The notes below the pieces were generated by a model that saw only the letters and a program-made list of their open reading frames with translations, searched no databases and was not told the DNA's origin. Source: Octopus vulgaris (lineage: Eukaryota). From it: a stretch of 64,000 nt of DNA. Position 1 is the first letter of the stretch. Every line of letters starts with the position of its first letter. Positions 57,294 through 64,000 of the stretch are shown in pieces. The stretch is from the NCBI GenBank assembly GCA_951406725.2, contig OX597821.1:31496001-31560000 (forward strand), given 5' to 3'. A program made the translations under genes and the position numbers.

Positions 57294-59937
57294 AAAACGA
57301 GAGAAGTATATTGAACCACAGACAACATCCCTATCTGGATTATTACACTATTCTTTGTAAGTAAACAAGCGAAATATAACAATAAGAAACTAAGGCACAC
57401 GAATTTAATGGCTAGAATATTATACTTGAAAATACCGCTATTATTCATATTGTCAGTAATTGCAATACTTAGAAGTGCCTGGATTCATTTGTCACTAATT
57501 ACAAAATTAACAAATGCTAGCGACGAAGTGTTGTCCAATAAAGCTGGATCAGGTAGACATTTTAGAAATTGGATCCCTCGAAGTTTAATTGGATCATATG
57601 AATTCCTTATGTAATTTGCAAATCTAAGAAAAATTAGCGTTTATACACATATTTTTAGGATCTGCCATTTTCGCTGAATATTTGCTGCAGACACCTCTAT
57701 ACCTCCCTCAAATAAAAGATTTCCACGCAATGATCCTATTTGTGAACCTTGTAGGATTTAGAAATATGCTTCCAGTATATGTATATGTGTGTGTGTTTGT
57801 TTGTGTATGTGCGCGCGCGTAAGCAAAAACATTCGTATTGCCTGCACGTAGGCCTATGTCACGTTGATATTGCGATTTATAAGTCTCGTCGGATGGATTT
57901 GTGCGAATAGAGACACGAAACTCAGATTCAAAATCCCAAGGGTAACAAGTGCTTCCGTTGTGTGGTACACACTTCTTCAGTTCGATTATGAGAATAACTT
58001 TTATGGCAGCCTAAACAGTTTTTAGAATTCTTTTTGTCAAGTCACTTTACATATCCGAATAGACACAAAGGGTCCGGAGAAATAAAGATCAGGGCATTGA
58101 CACTGGTAGCGCTGTGAGGCTTCCCGCTTAACTAAAGGCCATATTGACCAATTTTTACACAATTTTTTCGATCATTTTGACTATTGTATACATTATGTGA
58201 CGTGCATGATATCATCTATGCTCGCTGAGATTGTGTTAGGGTAATCATGAGAAAGAATGGACACTGACTTCTAGTCTCGCTCAATGTTTTGCGAATAGTT
58301 TAGGAGTATAAAATATAATTTCGGGTCATTTTAAATTTGACATTGAGGTAGATAACAGGCTGCTCTTCCTGGTTATAGTTTTCGTAATATATGTTGGTGT
58401 GTATTATGTTACATATCCATACTTCAAGGACGTTACCTGCATGTTGTACAATACCTGCAGTGTACGGTAGGGTTTAGAGTGTACATTACTTCAGAAGTAA
58501 CTTGCAATAAATTAGGGACTGACAGAAATAATCGTTAACAGCAAATGCTCGGTGACAGTCAATTGAGAAATTAGTTGACACTATTTTTAAAAAAAACAGT
58601 GACGAAGCGAGTACCCAAGAAACACTATTTGGAAACAGCGTAAAAAATAGCAAGCAAAGGGAATATGCTGAGAATTTTCTTACATGCGATGCAACAAGGT
58701 TGCGTTGATGCCAGGGCTATGTGTTACCTATTTGATAGGAAGGAAAATGATTTTTCAATGGGGCCGCTTTGTGGAGGCATAATGTTACAATACCACTGTT
58801 TTGATTTTCCGATCAAGGTTCATCATAAATTTCCAGCTGTCTAATTCTATGCATGTTTGCATTTTATTCGGCAAACGTTATTTGGACTGCGTTTGATGAG
58901 TGATGCATAAAAAAACAACATATTTGTTCCCTACGAAATATTTGGAGACAACTATGTATGAGTGGAAAAAACAGTTCAAAATTGGTGATTTCAGCGGCAC
59001 AACTAATGGGCTCAGTGATAAGAAGCAATCTTCATATTCATACAATAGGAATGGCCTATGTTTATTAATAACGCTATATTTACTGAAAGTAATTTTGGGG
59101 AAAGTTCTATGAAGACGTTTTAAAATAATAATATTCGAAACGAAAAAAAAAGTAGTTCTACTTTTAATGGTAATATTGAAAACTAAAATGCTGAAAGTAA
59201 AATATATAAACCTACACGAAAATTTATGACTTTCAGAGACATTCTGGCTCTGCGAAGTGCTCGATGTTAGAGATTGTTTTAAGAACTGCAAAACAATAAA
59301 TTTTGCATAACACTGATATAAATCATGAACAGGTGAATATTTAGTATATTACTTTCTGATTAAATATTTGTTAGAAAAATAAGAAATTATATCTCTGGTG
59401 ACAAAGACTTGGAATAATGTTTTATTGCTCTTGAGGTGTACAGAAAATGTTAAAAACTTACAAAAGAATTAGTGTGAGCAAAGTGGAATTCATTTATATT
59501 GTGAATTATATTAACACATTTGATATCCTTATTTATTTATTAAGTAAAATATTAGTTTTATAATCTAGCTCAATATCTGTTTCATTAGTGCGCATAAAGT
59601 ATCAAACTCCACTATCAAAATATTTTTTCTGATTTCGATCAATCCAGACCTACAATAAAAGGGAAATGTTGATAGTTTATTAAGTAATTTCTTAGATGGA
59701 ATGTCACTATACTTCTGAGTTCTTAACGATCGTTGTACTTTTCTGAATGGCAAACATATGCTAAGCAATATGATATATATTTTCATGAGGTTGGGAATAC
59801 TGTTCTTAATATTGAAATAACAATCTCGCTTCCTGTCAGCTTTAAACCATGCCTGACTCTGCATTGACAAATATGTTGCTGTTAGTAAGTTGCTTAATAA
59901 TGATACTATATATCTTATATATAAATATTTATTCATT

Positions 59938-59939
<2 letters not shown>

Positions 59940-59998
<59 letters not shown>
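59940..59998. repeat. (TA)n microsatellite
   Basis: Direct read. Confidence 0.97.
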
Positions 59999-59999
<1 letters not shown>

Positions 60000-61226
60000 T
60001 CTCTACTACTTCCTTCTTCCTTTTGTTCTTCAATTTTTATTGTTAATTAACACGAGGCTTCAACTGTTCTCCATTTGTTTCTCTTGCTCTTACCGAATTA
60101 AATTTCTTAAATATTTATTGTTAACAAAATGGGTCCACTTTGCAAGTCGAAAAATGGCAAGAGAAAAATTTAATGTTAGATTCACATAACCAATATGTGA
60201 ATGTAGCAACTTCCTCAGGTGAGAGTTTACCAATATCATATTTCGCACTACAATAAATCTAGATTAAGAATAGATGTAATCAAATGAAGATGCCGTTTAT
60301 GATTTAAGATCTGTTTTCTTGAAATAACTTAATTCTCAATAAAATGAAATAAAATCGAATGCATCAACGATAAATGTATTATAACTATCTCAGGTAATGT
60401 TTAACATAAATATCACTAAAATAGTAGGCAAATGTAAATATTAAATTATTTTCGGGTTAAATCACTTACTGCGCTGCTAAAATGTAGAAAATACAAGTAT
60501 ATATACACAATAGAAAGAAAGAAGGAATAAGAAAATAATTTTTAATTTAGAGTATACGATTTATAATTTCACCATAATTGCATAGTTTTTACAATAGAGT
60601 TGTTGGAATAGAATATATTATAAAAATAGGGAAATAAGAAAGTCTGCACTTGCTCTCTTACAACTATTTCTAAAATATCTGTGATTATGATGCATTCCTT
60701 AGCTAACGATTGTAAGTGTTCTATAAAAATAACGGATTATACTCTCTTCAGAGAGGAAAACTTGAGGAAGATTCTTAATAAAGGATATCAGGAGTTACCT
60801 GTTCCGTCGTCTCTTCGTCAATGCATCTCGTAACTACCTCATCAATTCTTTTTATTTTCTTTCATAGAGTAGCACACTATACTGACGTTATTCAATGGAG
60901 TGCTTATCTTTGCTCGACGTAAGAACAATGCAATTATGCTTAATTGATAAATACCATGCCTAAATTGATAAGATTTGTCTTCCTGTTCATTGCATCTTTC
61001 TAATTATAAGACACTTATAGACATATTTTGCTGGGTTTCTACTAAGATACATTTTGCTTTAGTCAAAGTTCAAATCGGAGCTTTATGTCCTAAATCAGCC
61101 TGACCACTTATTGTACATGTGTACTACAATACATCATTAAACGTAATTTTATTTGAACTCTCCCTCTCTCTCTCTCTCTTTATTTATATATATACATATA
61201 TATATATATAAATGCATGTATATATG

Positions 61227-61257
<31 letters not shown>

Positions 61258-61264
61258 TATATAT

Positions 61265-61855
61265 AAGAATATGTTTTGAATGGCACAACACTGCACTGTA
61301 ACAACACCACGGGACTATAATAACCGTTTTTTATTAACTAGTCTGATATAATATTTCGGAATATAAAAATTCCTGCTTCAGATATCCCGAGGAATTGATT
61401 GAGTCGGTGCTATAATAGATTTTCCAATGGTTTTTTTCTCCTCTATTTTTCCCCGGAAATGTCATTGCACTGGTCCCATGAAGCTTCTTCCAGAATTCCT
61501 CAGGAGATGTGCGTGAGCGCGTAACGCTGCTTCTAAGCTATGCATTATACATGCAGTTTCCTTTTTAAAAGCATCCAGATGTAGCTAGAAAATAAATTGA
61601 CTGCCAAGCTCCAGTCTGTTGTTAATTTGGGGCCACAGTCTGTCTATGAGAATAGCTTACTTAATTCTTAGATTATTCAAATTCCTTTCATTGGCCTCAA
61701 TTGTCACGATTATGCTTCTGGTCGTGTTCCGCCATCTGTCTAGATGTTTTCTGAAGGAGGAAGCTTTTCTGTTCCAATGTTCTTCGATACAAACATGTAA
61801 CAGTCTTGTTGTGCTATCCACATAAAACCTGATGCATTTGTTACATTTTATTCTG
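61265..61855 (-). mobile_element. Penelope-like 3' end (GIY-YIG plus pLTR), left inverted arm
   Basis: CNKCIRFYVDSTTRLL...EH...SSFRKHL...LRIK*AILI; reverse-complement homologue of 61965-62600. Confidence 0.88.
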
Positions 61856-62600
61856 AGAAAACACCTCGCAAGGAAACGGGCTAGGGACATAAATCAATGC
61901 ACACTAGCAAACTGTCCCATCCGTGACACAGACTTATGCCAACGGGTAAATGTTGTGTATAGAGTACAGTGTAACAAATGTAACAGTTTTATCTGTGTAG
62001 TACAACGAGACCGTTAAACATTCTCATCAAAGGACATCTAAACACAAGACCCTCCTCCTTCAGAAAACATCTAGACTGATGCCGGAACACCGACAAGAGC
62101 ATAACTGTTACAACTGAGGACAATGAAAGAAAGTTGGGTAATCTAAGAATTAAGGAAGCTATTCTCATAGATAGACTAGGGTCCCAAATTAACAACAGGC
62201 TGGAGTTTGGCAGTCAATGTATTTTCTCGATGCGTGTAGGTTCTCTTTTGATGACATGCTCATGTATTATTTATAAAAAAAGGTAACTGCATGAATGATA
62301 CATAACGTAAAAGCAGCACTACGGATGTGCCAGCACACACGAGCTTCAGACGCGGCCGCCCTCACGCACTTGTCACAAGGAATTCAAGAAGGAGCTCCGT
62401 GAGACCAGTGCAGAGATGGGAAAAAATGTTGGAAACTCGAATATAGCAGTGATTCGATCAATTCCTAGGGATATCTGAAGAAGGAGATTTTATATTCCGA
62501 AATATTATATCAGACTAGGGATGATTAAATTTCAAGTTATTATAGTCTATTGTTGTTATTATTCATAGTGCACTGCTGTGCCATTCAGAATACATTATCA
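61856..62600 (+). mobile_element. Penelope-like 3' end (GIY-YIG plus pLTR), right arm
   Basis: CPIRDTDLCQRVNVVYRVQCNKC...STTRPL...LRIKEAILIDRLGSQIN, a GIY-YIG endonuclease signature. Confidence 0.88.
62470..62511 (+). ncRNA. Minimal type I HHR in PLE pLTR (degenerate mirror at 61345-61386)
   Basis: GATAT-CTGAAGA-A-GGAGATTTTATATTCC-GAAATATT-ATATC. Confidence 0.7.
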
Positions 62601-62650
62601 TTATTTTTAAACAAACAATATATGAGGCTTCACGCAAACCACAATAGTCT

Positions 62651-62695
<45 letters not shown>

Positions 62696-63475
62696 CGGCG
62701 GTTTTCGGTTATTCTACCTCAAGCTTTCTCTTAGGTTATATTATTTATTTAGGCTTTTCTCTGAGTAAGGGAGAATATCATGATTCAACGTCACTTACAC
62801 TCAAGTGTTATCATTATATCTAAACCCCTAACTGCAGTTATAACGTCATATAGACATATACGCATGGAACGCTACATCAACGACCATGTGTGTTTAATAT
62901 TTTTATCGTGTCCTTTAAACTGCTATAAGAAACATAAATCAAAGATTACAGAAATGCATATTTATCTATGCTCAGTTGAAAAACAAACGTGAAGAGAAAC
63001 ATATTCTTTTTAATTATTTTTTGTTATATAAATATAACAATTCATATTATTTACAAGAAGAAAGATAACTTAGTCGTGAAGAAAAACGACTTTAACTTCC
63101 TTAGCTAATTTCTTCTTTCTATCTAATACGTTAACCAACAAATCAAAATAGATTTGTGATTAACATAGACATGGCATAAAAATTTACCGATGCCTCCAAA
63201 AGAGTGAGTGACGTGGATTTATGTGACACCAACGAACACTAAAATCTCCCCCCAAATCCAGGGTTTTTATAACTGCTCAACCTGACCAAAAAGAATCGAA
63301 ATCCAGGACAAACAATTTTTTCGAAACTTCTGGAATCTTTATATGAGCAGTTATATTAAACAATGGGAAAAAAACGAAAATGACAATTCTTCGGCAAAGA
63401 CGTTACGTCATATTGCTAATTCGCGCCACATTTCAAAATGGCTAAAATGGTTATGGCTACAATATATATATATTT

Positions 63476-63564
<89 letters not shown>

Positions 63565-63661
63565 AATATATGGATCTATTTTCTTTTCTGTCCTCCACCT
63601 CACTCTCTATTTTATATCTTATCTAAATTAACTATTTCTTGACCATACTCTGACAACGTTA

Positions 63662-63705
63662 CCGATGAAAGGATATAATAAATATCCTGGAAACAGCTAT
63701 AAGAC
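63662..63705 (+). ncRNA. Degenerate HHR-like motif in a PLE-like end
   Basis: CCGATGA-A-AGGATAT(AATAA)ATATCCT-G-GAAACAGCTAT; stem I not evident. Confidence 0.45.
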
Positions 63706-63749
63706 CTTCTATCTATAGATGTTCTAAAATCTACACAGCCTTATATATA

Positions 63750-63959
63750 TAGTTAATCCAAACATGAAAACACAAAGAGAAGACGCAAGAACGCGAGGAC
63801 GTGGAACAAGTATAGTGTTATTGGACGCTCAGGAAAGAAGGAAAAAGGAGGGACTAACGTTTCGAGCGGAGCTTTTCGTCAGAAACATAGGAAAAGGAAA
63901 GATCCAAGGAAGGGAAGACGGAGGAAAAAAATCCCCAGCGGTACACACGCAGTCACATT

Positions 63960-63963
<4 letters not shown>
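63750..63963 (-). mobile_element. PLE-like 3' end with HHR core (63854-63885)
   Basis: Reverse complement TTT-CTGACGA-AAAGCTCCGCTC-GAAACGTTAG; flanked by TA tracts. Confidence 0.65.

Positions 63964-64000
<37 letters not shown>

Noticed and set aside
58878-59936. 137-aa and 123-aa minus-strand ORFs
   Set aside because: AT-biased composition with no recognisable homology or splice support

Overview
AT-rich, microsatellite-saturated, repeat-dominated eukaryotic DNA. The SINE families resemble those I recall from Octopus/coleoid cephalopods (inference). I found no confidently identifiable host protein-coding gene; nearly all listed ORFs are microsatellite read-throughs or decayed transposon fragments. 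The window holds decayed LINEs (Tx1/L1-like, R4/Dong-like, CR1, RTE), Penelope-like elements (PLE), mariner/Tc1 remnants, three tRNA-derived SINE families, and a 4.5-kb nested satellite (a 26-bp array inside a 90-bp array). The most interesting signal is about a dozen minimal type I hammerhead-ribozyme (HHR)-like motifs in several unrelated PLE-like modules. These mostly sit in (TA)n and often form foldback palindromes. One has an apparent compensatory swap of the catalytic 3-8 pair (G3:C8). All folds and alignments were done by eye and boundaries are approximate.
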